Shown in pieces: positions 9,141-20,825 of a stretch of 54,508 nucleotides of DNA; positions within the stretch are counted from its first letter, which is position 1, and each line of letters starts with the position of its first letter. Made by a program: the position numbers and the translations under genes. The notes below the pieces were generated by a model. It saw only the letters and a program-made list of their open reading frames with translations, was not told the origin of the DNA and made no database searches. Origin of the DNA: an uncultured virus (IMG/VR IMGVR_UViG_3300046167_000912) (taxonomy: Duplodnaviria > Heunggongvirae > Uroviricota > Caudoviricetes); IMG/VR virus record IMGVR_UViG_3300046167_000912; one strand, given 5' to 3'.

Positions 9141-12100
9141 ATGCCAAAGAAAACAGTAGAGACCGATTCCACCACGGTTGCTTCCTCTCAAGGTACAGAT
9201 CATATCAGCATGGTATCTTCAGGTAGCTCAAGTTCGGAGTTTATCGTCAGAGCCTCTGACATAAACTCTTCCAATAACTTAGGAGGGTTCATTGGGGAGA
9301 ACGTACAATCTAACTTGGATAGTCTCTCTTCAGAGGCAAGAAAGAACAGACCCCCCCTTATGGGACAAGATCCCGTCACCTTTCAAAATCAATCGGGTGC
9401 ATCTGCGACTCACGACGGGAGGCCTGATTGGGGAGCTACGAAGATAGTAGACACCCCAGCTTGGATGCACCGCAACAGGGTCTGGGTAGAAAATCGAGAG
9501 ATGCCCCACATTGGTTTTGGACACGCACAAGACGACGCTACGTTCACAAACTTCAAATGGGTAAATGAAGGCGGGGTTTATGATACAATCAACCTCAACT
9601 ATAGAGACAATGACCAAATGAGCTATTATGGGCTAGGGGACACCCAATTTACTCATGTTCTGTTCCCTCAGATCTCTCAGTCCGTGCCTCGATCTTCTTT
9701 CTCCTATGTAGAAGACAGTCTGATCTACCCCTTCTACTATCAAGAATCAATCTTCGGTAGTGAGACAAGGAGCGACTTCTTCAATGCCACTACGAGTAAT
9801 ACTCTAGGTATGAGTTCAGGTAGAGGCAGGTCTTCTTTTGGTGTCAAAGAAGGAGAGCCCTCAACTGCGGTAGCTCCAATAAGCTCTCAGGCTTATCAGC
9901 CTTACCTCAGTAAAGATCTCTTTGACAATAAATCAAACGATATCGGCCTCGTCATCTCTGGGACTCTGTTCCCCGCAGATCGGGGTGTCTTAGCCCTTAT
10001 TCGCTTCCCTTCTAATTCAGACTCTGTCTCTGCAGGTATTAACACCCCCGCAACAGACTATAGCGAAGTCTTGAGTCGTGTTGTCGGTGCGATCAACTTA
10101 GGTCAAGGGGTGGGGCAGAGTGACGGTTTACCTGGTGGCAGTATCTTCAGTACATCTGAAGGCTCTGACTTCCCCTCCCTCAGATCAGGGCAACACGATC
10201 TCTATGAGTTACACACAGGTAACTACGTTCTAGGCTCACATAGAACAGGAGCGAACCCCAATCTCACAGCAGACCCTACTATCGGTCAGGTCAGGTTGCT
10301 CACCGACCCTCTAGCATTTAACGTAGAGGATAACCAATACCCTCTTGGAGTCCCCATACTCTTCTCTCCATACGAGTACTCCACATCAAGCAACACAAAA
10401 ACCCTTGTCGATAATAGGAATTTCCTCTCTTATCGCCTCCCCGTGTTAGAAGACTACTCTCCAGACGGGATGGTCACGCAAACAGAAGAAAGGGATAGGT
10501 TTTTTGTTAAAAAGACCCCAAACCTAGATCAAGAGAACCCTGAGTACCGAACACTATTCTCAACAGCGGGGGGCTTCGTTACCTTTGGGGGGAAAGATAA
10601 CTACAGCTACCAAGTAGCGAGGTATCGACATGTCGTAAATCTCATGGATCTTGCCCCAGATACCTATGCGAACATCACCGCATTGACTGACAACCCTGAA
10701 TACAACTTCGGGTCTTTCGCTCTATTACACTTCAAAACAGAAGCGGGTTTTGAACGTCTTGTACGCGACGGCATACCCCCCTCAGATGAGGAGCTATACA
10801 GTCAAAATCTTTTAGACTACTCTGATCTTTCTGAGAACATCAGAGTTGATCAAGGTACGGTTGGAGGAGATGGGATCGAAGATGGGCGAGAATCCTATGC
10901 CTCTGCTTTAGGTTTGAGCCTGTTTAGGCCTAATGTCTGTTTCGAAAAAGCTAGGTTCAGTGACAGACCAGCCAACGCCGAGATCAATGCAAGTGTCAAG
11001 ACAGACTACTTGTACCCAAACTACAACTCAGCTAACTCTTCAAAGATAAACAGAGACAATAGCTATTTCTCTTTCATTTCGGGTGTGATCTATATCTCAC
11101 CTACGATGCCTTTTGTCTATGAAGGACACCCTGATGAAGACGGCGTCGCGATTGATCTCACACCAGAAGAAAGTAAATTCTCAAAGATAAGAAATGAAAT
11201 CCAAATCACGGGTACGGCTGACGACAACGATCTAATTCGATGGGTCGATTCAAGACCCTCAAAAACCTCTACTGTCAGACCCCACACCCAGCTCTTATCG
11301 AGTTCTTTGACTGCTCAGAATAACATTACTGCATTAGATAGCACGTTTAATGATTTTGTGCCTACAGGTCAAAGTGTGTGGGTTGAGGGGTACTCGGGAT
11401 CTTTATCGACAGAGGTTTACGCAAAAGGGGATGCCGTAAAGCCGATATCTGACCTTTCAGCCATAGACCCGAAAGACGGACTCTGCACCCTATCAAGCTC
11501 TGCGACTCGGACTTCAATTCTGATCAATAACCCGCACAGACAGTGGTCAAACGTAGGCGTCGATGTTGTGATCGACGACGTTGAGACCGTTCTAGGTAAC
11601 GCGGTCACTAATGACTCAAAGGTCTTATATCACTCAGCAAGAAAGATCTCTCTACTTGAACTTCATGGTTCAAGATTATCTCCATCGGGGACAACTCTTG
11701 GGGGTACTTCTATTTCTTCCATATCCGATGTATTTAGCCCATACGGAGACGACGGATACCCTGGGGGCAATGATGAGAGTTTCCTCCACGGTTATGTTTT
11801 TGCTTGGTGGCAGAACACAACAGCAGATGTCAGCCAAGACTACAACCCAAAGACATCAGGTCAATCCTTCTCTGTGTATCGGTACGACGAAGAAGGTTAT
11901 AAGGTGTATCAGAATCTAGAACTTCTCCCGATTGGAGGGGTTATAGCTAACGGATACGCTCTCGAGCTGTGTTCTGGCTGGAAGAGAGTTGATGAGAACG
12001 GAAACGATGTAAACACATCTAGCACGTTTAAATACCCACAAGACCGACCCGTATATAGGCCGACCGAGAGCAACTTCGAGAGGACATCTTTAAGATCTCA

Positions 12101-14819
12101 CGCGGACGCTAAATTCCTCATGGTTAAAGATGTGGAGTACTACATCGAATGTTACCCTTCAGTACCATTCACATCTGGGTTAGGGCCTGATCCTTCTACT
12201 TACGATGAAACCACCGTGAACCAGACAATCTTCACTCTTGGAGGTTCAGGGTACTCTGACCTACAACTAATCATTGAGGGGGAAGAGAATCCCGCACAAG
12301 ATGTTTGGGCAGGCTATTTGGGGACTAATGGCTTATATTCTAACTTGGGTGCTGTTAATGATAGTCAATGTCAATGGCTTGGTGTTAACCTAGACCCAAC
12401 TCAAGCCCCTTACAATGTTAGCCCTCAAGCAGATCTCGGTAACACGTCTCATGTCAGGGGTGTCATTTACATAAGGAGTTCTAGCTCCTTTTCCTATGAC
12501 GCGGCGAAGCCTCACCCCCATCCTCAACCTAGTGTTGACTACAATGGACACATCAATTATGGAGTCTCTTTCCTAGAAGTAGCTCCAACGGGGAACAGGG
12601 AGCTTCCTGAGTATGGGAACTTCACACAAGACGTAAGAGGGTACATCACAGTCTCAGGACTAGGTAATGAACCATTCTACACAGAAGATCAAATCCACGC
12701 AACTGCACCTGAGTACAATTCTAGAATACCCCTTAAGTCATTGTTCACACTCAGGAAAGACACCCAAGAAAGGTTCTTAGATGAGTCTTACCGAATGGAG
12801 TCTAGCCTCTATCACTTGTTGCTGACGCCAGACGATCCTCTATCTACCACAAGGTATAGCAATACCTCCGCAAGCAACAGCTATGATCCCTCATACCTGT
12901 TCGGTGCCAACAACTTCCTTATTGAGAATCTCCAAGGGCCAGGCATCCCTCATGCAGGGTCGGGTATAAACAAAGGGTACATCTGTGTTCCTGTTCGAGA
13001 TGAATCAACAATAAGTCCCGAACTCTTTACTCAGTTGAGAGATTCAGATCCTGCAGATGATCTTTTCCGAAGGACGGCGGGTCATGGTGGTGCAGGCTAC
13101 CTGCGAAATAGCTGGCATGTCAGAAGATCCTCAATGTCCTCTGACCTCGCTGAAAGTGATTGGAGAGAAGCTCAAGTCATCGGTTTCCCTGACATGACGC
13201 GAAATCTCTTGAGTGGGTCAAAGTACGGAACACCCCCTCGCGGCATCCTTGTTTACCCACACTTAGACTTTGACGGCAACAGTCCTTTCACTCTAGAAGA
13301 GCAAACCGTGGGGAGCAATAACCTCATCAGCTCGAACGAAGGATATTTCTTACCTAACGCAGGAAAGGGGTCTTCTGACACAAGAGAAGGTACCGATTGG
13401 TTAGATGATGATGGGGGCAACGGGGGCGTTAGCTTAAACCCTAAGCTGAGACACGCCCAACCTAACTACAACAAGGCTGCCCTCTTGAGTGACTTTGCAG
13501 ACCCTAACGAGTACCCTGATGTGGGTTACTTGAGAGCCTTTGATGTCAACTTTGGGAAGAACCCATCTCTTACCCCCCAACACCCTTATTGGAATCAAGA
13601 TTGGAACGAGACCACTTCTACAGGGACTATGTATAGGGGCGGAGGAGGGGCTCAGAACTACGGCTTGATTGAGAAGAAGCAGTGGGTGAGGGTGATGCAA
13701 GACTCAAGAGGCGAACTTGAATTTGCACCTGTGAAGCTAAGGCTCGTCGGCGTCGATTGGAATATGATTTCGTTCATGGACACGGGATACCCTCTCCAGA
13801 AGAGAGACGGCATGGTTCACGAAGTAGACGGAGGCTACTACTTAGTGAAGAAGAGAGTGATGAGAGTCTTTGTTAAAGTACCAGGCCTCACCTCTTGGCT
13901 CGATGTCGGCGTGTTCGACAACCAAGTAGGGGAGTCTTATCGGCAGTGGAGGGGTGATAAAACGGACTCGAATGTTGGTTTTGCTGACCCAAATGGGGCG
14001 ACCTCACTGAAAGACAGTACGGAATTGGATGGGGCGGGCTGTTGTATCTCCTACTCGGAAAAGTTTTTACCTGAAGAAGGACTCGTCTGCCTAGATTTGG
14101 ACTTAAATCTAGGCATGATTCCATCATTCAACTCATGGGGTGCGGACGAGAACTCTGCGATAGGTTATGACAGTAACTTGGTTTCAGATGAGTATCTTGG
14201 CTTTGTTAAAAACCTGAGAGTAGACAATTGCCCCTCCGACAGGGTTTACTTACATAGGCAAAACAATAAGTCTGCGAGAGACGTGGGCATAAATGGAGCT
14301 AAGAACTTCGAGTCTCCGATCCTCGTTAAGGTTATACTCTCACACCCAGAACACCCTAAGTACGAAGTACACCCAGATGACAATACGAAGCTAGTCAACT
14401 CGACAGATATTGATGACTTGACTCTTGAAATAGCGGATATCGCTAATGCGACCCCTAACAACGTCTCTATTGTAGATATACGCCCTTCTCCTAACACTTC
14501 ATATCTTGGGCATTCATGCCCACCAGATGACAGAAGCCCTCTCTGGTCTCGCAGGGGTTTGATGGGTATAGAGGTGCTTCGACAAGACGGGTCTAACTAT
14601 GATAGAGATCACGTCATGGGACGACCTGATTACACAAGTATTGACCTATATGGTAACCCCACTCTGTATTATGGGAGAACTGAGAACGGTCTGGTCTATG
14701 AGACGTATGAGATGTCTACAAGTGCTTTGACGAATAAGAGAACTTACACACATGGGTCTAATGTATCACCTTCAGAGCTAAGCTCCGATTACAAGAAGCC
14801 CGTGAAAGGAGAGGGTTAA
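9141..14819 (+). CDS. Very large virion structural protein, unknown fold
   Basis: ~1890 aa ORF, GGGGAG RBS before ATG 9141, tightly coupled to neighbours in the structural operon; S/N/G/D/Y-rich. Confidence 0.65.
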   Translation: MPKKTVETDSTTVASSQGTDHISMVSSGSSSSEFIVRASDINSSNNLGGFIGENVQSNLDSLSSEARKNRPPLMGQDPVTFQNQSGASATHDGRPDWGATKIVDTPAWMHRNRVWVENREMPHIGFGHAQDDATFTNFKWVNEGGVYDTINLNYRDNDQMSYYGLGDTQFTHVLFPQISQSVPRSSFSYVEDSLIYPFYYQESIFGSETRSDFFNATTSNTLGMSSGRGRSSFGVKEGEPSTAVAPISSQAYQPYLSKDLFDNKSNDIGLVISGTLFPADRGVLALIRFPSNSDSVSAGINTPATDYSEVLSRVVGAINLGQGVGQSDGLPGGSIFSTSEGSDFPSLRSGQHDLYELHTGNYVLGSHRTGANPNLTADPTIGQVRLLTDPLAFNVEDNQYPLGVPILFSPYEYSTSSNTKTLVDNRNFLSYRLPVLEDYSPDGMVTQTEERDRFFVKKTPNLDQENPEYRTLFSTAGGFVTFGGKDNYSYQVARYRHVVNLMDLAPDTYANITALTDNPEYNFGSFALLHFKTEAGFERLVRDGIPPSDEELYSQNLLDYSDLSENIRVDQGTVGGDGIEDGRESYASALGLSLFRPNVCFEKARFSDRPANAEINASVKTDYLYPNYNSANSSKINRDNSYFSFISGVIYISPTMPFVYEGHPDEDGVAIDLTPEESKFSKIRNEIQITGTADDNDLIRWVDSRPSKTSTVRPHTQLLSSSLTAQNNITALDSTFNDFVPTGQSVWVEGYSGSLSTEVYAKGDAVKPISDLSAIDPKDGLCTLSSSATRTSILINNPHRQWSNVGVDVVIDDVETVLGNAVTNDSKVLYHSARKISLLELHGSRLSPSGTTLGGTSISSISDVFSPYGDDGYPGGNDESFLHGYVFAWWQNTTADVSQDYNPKTSGQSFSVYRYDEEGYKVYQNLELLPIGGVIANGYALELCSGWKRVDENGNDVNTSSTFKYPQDRPVYRPTESNFERTSLRSHADAKFLMVKDVEYYIECYPSVPFTSGLGPDPSTYDETTVNQTIFTLGGSGYSDLQLIIEGEENPAQDVWAGYLGTNGLYSNLGAVNDSQCQWLGVNLDPTQAPYNVSPQADLGNTSHVRGVIYIRSSSSFSYDAAKPHPHPQPSVDYNGHINYGVSFLEVAPTGNRELPEYGNFTQDVRGYITVSGLGNEPFYTEDQIHATAPEYNSRIPLKSLFTLRKDTQERFLDESYRMESSLYHLLLTPDDPLSTTRYSNTSASNSYDPSYLFGANNFLIENLQGPGIPHAGSGINKGYICVPVRDESTISPELFTQLRDSDPADDLFRRTAGHGGAGYLRNSWHVRRSSMSSDLAESDWREAQVIGFPDMTRNLLSGSKYGTPPRGILVYPHLDFDGNSPFTLEEQTVGSNNLISSNEGYFLPNAGKGSSDTREGTDWLDDDGGNGGVSLNPKLRHAQPNYNKAALLSDFADPNEYPDVGYLRAFDVNFGKNPSLTPQHPYWNQDWNETTSTGTMYRGGGGAQNYGLIEKKQWVRVMQDSRGELEFAPVKLRLVGVDWNMISFMDTGYPLQKRDGMVHEVDGGYYLVKKRVMRVFVKVPGLTSWLDVGVFDNQVGESYRQWRGDKTDSNVGFADPNGATSLKDSTELDGAGCCISYSEKFLPEEGLVCLDLDLNLGMIPSFNSWGADENSAIGYDSNLVSDEYLGFVKNLRVDNCPSDRVYLHRQNNKSARDVGINGAKNFESPILVKVILSHPEHPKYEVHPDDNTKLVNSTDIDDLTLEIADIANATPNNVSIVDIRPSPNTSYLGHSCPPDDRSPLWSRRGLMGIEVLRQDGSNYDRDHVMGRPDYTSIDLYGNPTLYYGRTENGLVYETYEMSTSALTNKRTYTHGSNVSPSELSSDYKKPVKGEG

Positions 14820-15622
14820 TGCCTGCTATATTCAAGAGATCGGATGATGACCTCATTCAAGTCTTACCTTCCTACTCAAACTCTCTGCTGACAGAGATGA
14901 AAGGAAAGTACGTTATAGACTACCCTGAATTCTTGGAGGTCAATAGGGAGATGACCCAACTCGATATCTCTCTACCTATAGCAGATATCAAAGCTAATGT
15001 TAAAAGCATCGCTGAAGATAAGATGAGACAAGCGTTCCCCCAATTTGAGACGTTCCAATTCAATTACCTCGAAGACAGCACAGAGTTTTCAAACATTTTC
15101 TCTGCGGACAGCTTTCCTGACCCTCTCTCGAATGCTTTCTTGAGAGCGGGGTATAAGCAAGGGGACACCCCTAATTCTACTTGTGTGCTAGGTCGGACAC
15201 CTAGAAAGAATACAGTTGAGGGTTCTGTTCTAACAGTAGATTCTTCTTCTCCCTCTAATAGATGCCTTGTGACACTTGAAATAGATGTCGCATCCAGCAC
15301 ACAAGACGGACTTGGTAGGTTCGACTTCAAGATATACTTCAAGGACTGTGTGCGTAAATACACCAAGGATAGCACTAGTTTAGCAGGCACGCCCGCCGAC
15401 GGCTATTCCTTGAACAAGGCGGGGGATGTCGGATACCAGACAAAAGTAGGCAAGGATAATTTCCTTAGAGTTTATATCTCTGGAGATAACGGCAACTCTT
15501 ATTCAGAGATTGAGAACCTCACAACCTTCTCTTTCGGTCAAAGAAAAGATACAGTAAGGTTAGCTTTCGTGAATTACTCTGATTGGGACATCAACCTCCT
15601 AGCATACACATTGATGTACTGA
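14819..15622 (+). CDS. Putative structural protein
   Basis: 267 aa, TAATG stop/start overlap with the upstream gene. Confidence 0.6.
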   Translation: MPAIFKRSDDDLIQVLPSYSNSLLTEMKGKYVIDYPEFLEVNREMTQLDISLPIADIKANVKSIAEDKMRQAFPQFETFQFNYLEDSTEFSNIFSADSFPDPLSNAFLRAGYKQGDTPNSTCVLGRTPRKNTVEGSVLTVDSSSPSNRCLVTLEIDVASSTQDGLGRFDFKIYFKDCVRKYTKDSTSLAGTPADGYSLNKAGDVGYQTKVGKDNFLRVYISGDNGNSYSEIENLTTFSFGQRKDTVRLAFVNYSDWDINLLAYTLMY

Positions 15623-15641
15623 AAATATAAGGTGACGAGAC

Positions 15642-18600
15642 ATGGATGATTTCAAAAGCTACGCAAGCAGAACCCTGAATACAGATAATACTCAATATAA
15701 GAATGTTATCTGGCAAGCAGGAAAGCCCCCACTAGACAGCGAATTGAACCTTATGGGTCAGATCGCGACTCAAAACCAAGCAAGCTTAGTTAGATCTCAA
15801 GCACATAGCGGGGTTCTTATTGACCCTCGCTCTGCAGACAGAGACTTTAGCTTTAGAAAAACATGGTCGAACTACTTTAGGCTGAAGCCTTTCAGTGCAT
15901 TAGTAAACGGAAACCTCGTCACGGTTGAAGATCTCGACATTAAACTCCCTCCCCCTCCAGAATCAGGGGCTCGGACGGACTTCGTATTCCTTGAAATTTG
16001 GAATACAATCATATCCGCAGAAGGATCGGGAGCGGTAACTAATAAGCCTACCCCCACTACGATATACCAAAACGGTAATGTGGATGGTCAAGACACTCTC
16101 GAAGATGAGTTGGTAGACGGACAGGTTGGTTTTGAGACGACAAAGAGAGTACAAACACAATACCAAGTGAGAGTCGTCAGTGGCGTTGACACCAAATCAC
16201 ACCCTGAAGGTATTTCAAGTCCTCTAGTGACTGCGGTAGGCCCTACAGACGGCCTCGCGAATCAGCCCTTTTCAAACGTAACAGGAGATGCAGGGTTGTG
16301 GTCAGCGTCCGTTAATGACGTTTACCTCTCAGAGAACACCATCTATGCAATACCTCTTTGTTGCGTGTTTCGACGCAATGAAGAACCTTATAGGGATGTC
16401 GCAAATGCAGGTGGGCCTAACCATAATGGGGCGGTAAACCGTAAACCATCTTCCACTTCTACTAACGACGCGACTTCTCTTGTTCAATCTAGCCTTACTG
16501 TCGCTATTACTAGAGATCAAATAGGTAACGTCACACTCTCTGACCTTGTAGGTTCTGGATTAGATGATTCAGATCTTTTTCCTGCGAACACCTCACGATT
16601 CTTTGTTCTCGGGCAAGGCATTAACCGTGAAGTGATCAAGGTTTCTTCCATCGACACAAGTAACAACAGGATAGTTATTGAAGAGAGGGGCGTCGCGGGA
16701 TCTCAAGCTAAGTACCACATACCAGACACGCCTATTTCCCTGTTTAATCCGCGACCTGACTCAAAGTATGCCGACGAAGTCCAATTCGAAGATGTGCTTG
16801 ATATGAGACACGCGACGACATTAGGAGAGTGGGACTATCAGTCTTTACTTGAAAGTTCCGTGACAGACCTCTTATTCGGAAGACTTAAGACTACATACAA
16901 GCAAAGCTCCGTCAATGCCTTTAGCAAAGGCACTGTCATTGAAGAAGTCTCTTACCTTAGTAGCGTAGCTTCAAACAGAACACATCAGATGGACTTCCCA
17001 AATGGGTATCGTGACACATGGTCTGATGCTTCTTATCCCCAGATGGGTCTGACCCTTTACCTAAAACCTACGGTTGCTACAAATAACGCAGGTCTCAGCA
17101 CGGAGAACCTCGATGTGAGTAACCAAAACACATGGGAAATTGGGCCAGATCTCTCCCCCTCTGCATTCTTGTTCGATACCACACCCGTGCAAACAGGATC
17201 TATCCTGTTTCTTACTCTAGACGGTGCTTTAGATAATCTGGGGTATGGGGTCAAAGGTAACACCATTCAAGACAAGGGTATCAGGTTCATCGCCCCCTCT
17301 GAGATAGGGACGCTTGGTCAAGTGAAGAGACCTCCGTTCATCATCGAACAATTAGGTGCTGAACACAACAACCTGAGTTATCCTACTTTCGAGAGTAACT
17401 TTGAAAAGCCCTTTATCGTACTAGGGAGACTTAGAGGAGCTGAAACTTTCACAACCTCTACCTCAGACCCTGATCGCAACAACCACAACTTTACAGTGCT
17501 TTATAAGAAGACGGCATACTCGGATTCCGAGATGTCGATTTCACAGGGTGGTGTGAATATAGATTTTGATGAAGTCTTAGCTCTTCAATTGAACTCAATT
17601 CCTTTGACTCAAGAGGACATCAGCCTCATCTCTTCATATGACTCTAGTGTCGTGACCAGAGAAGAATCAAACCTTTATGCTCTTGTGTATGGAGATCCTA
17701 CAGACGGGTCTAGTGCTAATGGTGTATTTAGAGTCATCTCTGTGTCAGACAATTTCTCAGCCTCCGATTACTATCTTGATGTGGCGAACACTCTTTGGAC
17801 TCCTTCGGCAGGTATAACAAACACTGTTATCCTACAACCAATAGATGACAGAGGGGTAAGACTTGCTCAAATCGCAGATGGTCTTGATTTAAGAGTAGAG
17901 TTCAGAAGCCAAAAGATCACTGAGCTTGATGATTCAATCGCAATTGCAGTTACGAGCTCCGATCAAGCAAGCAACTCACTCTACACTCAGAACGAGTTTC
18001 AGTTGAGCGTTTCAATCTTGTACCCTCCTGCACTAGGGGCAACTGCGAACGTGCCTTCAAGTATTCACAAAGTAGGGATCACACCCCCTAACAGAGATCA
18101 CTTCTTGAGAAACGCACTCAGTGACTTAGATGTTTCTAATGCCTCTGCTCTGCCCCTGATCTCAGGTGAAATCGACCTTCCTACTAAGAACCATATCTCC
18201 TTGTGGAATAGGTTGCCCTCTTCTAATCTCCCCACGGGCTGGACTACCAACCTCGGAGGTAGGGTCATCAATGAAGAATCTGATCGGGAGAGTGAGGTCT
18301 TTAAAGATGAGGGATCTAAGACTCTTATCCTTAGACCTTACCAGAAGAAGCAGGTTATTCTCCACCAGCACATCGAAGCAGCTGACCAAATTCCCACAAA
18401 TTACTCAAACGGGCAAACTCTTGTAGATGGAGGCGGCCTCTTTGTTAAAAAAGGCGTGTATAGATTACCTGAAGCCCTAGTGCCTAGATTCGGTAGGCAA
18501 GACATCCCGATGCATACTCGGACATCTGGGAGCGATTCTTTCCTCTCAGGTCTAAATCACATATTCGCGGATAAAGTGACCGTCTCCGACGAGGTGTTTA

Positions 18601-20825
18601 ACATTGTCGGAGGCGTCTCAAATGTCGGCAACCAAGGGGTTGAACCTGTCCTCTTTGACACTCAAGGCAACTACGGCGAATACGCACAGAGTCTGGCGAC
18701 TGTGAATGCTATTGGTGTGCGGAAAAGAGAAGAAGGAGGTATTGCAGGAAATCGTACAGACTCCCTCCTTGTTCCAACAAGTGATTTTGGCACTTCACTA
18801 CAAGGTGTGGAGCTCCCCCCTTATTACGGAGTGGCTCGCATCTATGGTGTCTATGACAGGGAATCGTACATAGCCCATATTGCAGGCAACGGTAATACTA
18901 GTGGTCACAACTCTGAGCGTGTTCTGCCTATTGATGCCCTCACTAACGGTCTATGCCCGAACTTGTTGAGGACAGATGTATCAGACTTCACTCTCTACAT
19001 CAACCAGAATGGTGGTAATGAAGATGTGAATGACCCCTCTTACGGTGATGCACACACCTATGTACTCACAGAACACGCCATAGACATCACAAGAAGCCCT
19101 AACTACAATGACACGAAGTCCTTTAAAGACTTCGATTATGTCATAGAGGCTGTTGTCTTCGGGTTCGCAGATGGGTTCATTAATAAAAACCAAGACGTAC
19201 TTCTCAGGAAATATAATGGGTCTGGGGTACTCAGAAATGCGGTTGATACCAGCAAGATCACAATAGACTCCGTGATCCCTTTTGCCCCTCCTCAAGGATC
19301 AAAAGTCGCAGTCGCGTACAAACGAACCGTTTATCAAGGAAACCCCTTCTTTACAAAGGGCGTAAATATTCTTGATGACTCGGATCAAACCCTACCTTAT
19401 GGCAGAAAGAGTGTAGACGACCTACAGCTCGGCAACAGGGATCAAAACACCGTTGAATTACCCAACAGAAGAAACCTGCAAGTTCTCGCGAGCATGGACT
19501 TTTATACCACTCTAGGTACGGGCAAGCTCGGCGGTGAAGTTTACCCTACCACAGTGACGGACATAAACCATACTGAACACAAGCCTTTCAGGAATCCGAC
19601 CCTATACACAGGGGCATACCCTAGTACGAAAACCTCCACATTTTCCCAACCCCCTCAAAAGGGAGGGTATGCAACGATCTTCCTTTTTGATAACATCGCG
19701 ATCATAAATAAATACGCGACCGCGACTGTCTCGTTCTCAAATTCCAAAGAAAGCTTTAGCTTTCCTTTTGCAGGTTACGCAGACGCAACCATCATAGCGA
19801 CAGAGCTCATGAACTTCCTGCAAGGCAGGGGGTATGAGCTTTCCCAAGTTACGGGCGACTACACGCATGCAGGGTCAGATCACAAATACTATGGGATTTT
19901 GATCCGTGAACCTTATGCTAACTATAACACTATAATGTCTCTAGATACTCAGTTCGCGGGGAGAGATCTTCAGCTCTTCGAAGGCGTGCGGGAAGCTCCT
20001 ATGAGCTTCAACTTCTATGATTCCGTTGTTGTCGGTAACAGAGAAAATGAGTATGGCCTCCCAAGTAGGACGCGAACCTCTGTGTCATTCTCTAAACCTT
20101 CGTATAACCCAACAAATGCGGGATCTGGCATCACTCCTATATCTCTCGTAGGATTGACTTCGAGGCTTCCGCTGGGGTCTCTTGTCAGAGACGCAGATTT
20201 TGTGTGTGAAGACATACTCAATAACCAATCAAGCTACCTCTTCTCCTCTACAGGGAACATCTCTACACTGTCCAACAGTGTACCCGTCAACCCTGATGGC
20301 AGACCCTATTCAAGGTCTGTGGGCGTGTCTGGTGATATTCTCCAAATGACATCTGGAGACCTAAGTCAGTCTGTCCCTTTAGCTGAAAGCAATAACTATT
20401 ACTCTGTCTCTAGAGGAAGCGGTGCTGTCTTCGGCAGTTCTGGAGATGTAGCAGGTTCTCCTTTCAGCTTCCTCACGACATCTCTTAACGAAAGTTCAAA
20501 GCCTGTACTCAAGGGGTCGGCACTGGCGTGTAGGGCGATGCTTGTAAAGAACTTTTATGAAGAGTTTCAAGGAAACGTTAGATCCTACGGGGACGAACTC
20601 CAATTACTTGTCGTGACTCACTGTATAGACGGGGCTACAAGATCGCCTCTAACAGCAAACACAACCTCTTCTCAACTTACCATCGGAGGTGAGATCTCAC
20701 CGACAGGGTATGGAGAAGGGTTTGCCGCCGCTGACAGATACCGAATTAAAGGCAGGCCTCTTTCAAAGACCCATTCAAACCAAGAAGACTTGAACATCAA
20801 ACCTGCACCTTACAACTCCAAGTAA
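15642..20825 (+). CDS. Large baseplate/tail-fibre structural protein, paralogue of 5951-9136
   Basis: 1727 aa; SRTLNT...VIWQAGKPPLDSELN, DFVFLEIW, KRVQTQY, YAIP..VFRRN, RPDSKYADEV. Confidence 0.65.
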   Translation: MDDFKSYASRTLNTDNTQYKNVIWQAGKPPLDSELNLMGQIATQNQASLVRSQAHSGVLIDPRSADRDFSFRKTWSNYFRLKPFSALVNGNLVTVEDLDIKLPPPPESGARTDFVFLEIWNTIISAEGSGAVTNKPTPTTIYQNGNVDGQDTLEDELVDGQVGFETTKRVQTQYQVRVVSGVDTKSHPEGISSPLVTAVGPTDGLANQPFSNVTGDAGLWSASVNDVYLSENTIYAIPLCCVFRRNEEPYRDVANAGGPNHNGAVNRKPSSTSTNDATSLVQSSLTVAITRDQIGNVTLSDLVGSGLDDSDLFPANTSRFFVLGQGINREVIKVSSIDTSNNRIVIEERGVAGSQAKYHIPDTPISLFNPRPDSKYADEVQFEDVLDMRHATTLGEWDYQSLLESSVTDLLFGRLKTTYKQSSVNAFSKGTVIEEVSYLSSVASNRTHQMDFPNGYRDTWSDASYPQMGLTLYLKPTVATNNAGLSTENLDVSNQNTWEIGPDLSPSAFLFDTTPVQTGSILFLTLDGALDNLGYGVKGNTIQDKGIRFIAPSEIGTLGQVKRPPFIIEQLGAEHNNLSYPTFESNFEKPFIVLGRLRGAETFTTSTSDPDRNNHNFTVLYKKTAYSDSEMSISQGGVNIDFDEVLALQLNSIPLTQEDISLISSYDSSVVTREESNLYALVYGDPTDGSSANGVFRVISVSDNFSASDYYLDVANTLWTPSAGITNTVILQPIDDRGVRLAQIADGLDLRVEFRSQKITELDDSIAIAVTSSDQASNSLYTQNEFQLSVSILYPPALGATANVPSSIHKVGITPPNRDHFLRNALSDLDVSNASALPLISGEIDLPTKNHISLWNRLPSSNLPTGWTTNLGGRVINEESDRESEVFKDEGSKTLILRPYQKKQVILHQHIEAADQIPTNYSNGQTLVDGGGLFVKKGVYRLPEALVPRFGRQDIPMHTRTSGSDSFLSGLNHIFADKVTVSDEVFNIVGGVSNVGNQGVEPVLFDTQGNYGEYAQSLATVNAIGVRKREEGGIAGNRTDSLLVPTSDFGTSLQGVELPPYYGVARIYGVYDRESYIAHIAGNGNTSGHNSERVLPIDALTNGLCPNLLRTDVSDFTLYINQNGGNEDVNDPSYGDAHTYVLTEHAIDITRSPNYNDTKSFKDFDYVIEAVVFGFADGFINKNQDVLLRKYNGSGVLRNAVDTSKITIDSVIPFAPPQGSKVAVAYKRTVYQGNPFFTKGVNILDDSDQTLPYGRKSVDDLQLGNRDQNTVELPNRRNLQVLASMDFYTTLGTGKLGGEVYPTTVTDINHTEHKPFRNPTLYTGAYPSTKTSTFSQPPQKGGYATIFLFDNIAIINKYATATVSFSNSKESFSFPFAGYADATIIATELMNFLQGRGYELSQVTGDYTHAGSDHKYYGILIREPYANYNTIMSLDTQFAGRDLQLFEGVREAPMSFNFYDSVVVGNRENEYGLPSRTRTSVSFSKPSYNPTNAGSGITPISLVGLTSRLPLGSLVRDADFVCEDILNNQSSYLFSSTGNISTLSNSVPVNPDGRPYSRSVGVSGDILQMTSGDLSQSVPLAESNNYYSVSRGSGAVFGSSGDVAGSPFSFLTTSLNESSKPVLKGSALACRAMLVKNFYEEFQGNVRSYGDELQLLVVTHCIDGATRSPLTANTTSSQLTIGGEISPTGYGEGFAAADRYRIKGRPLSKTHSNQEDLNIKPAPYNSK

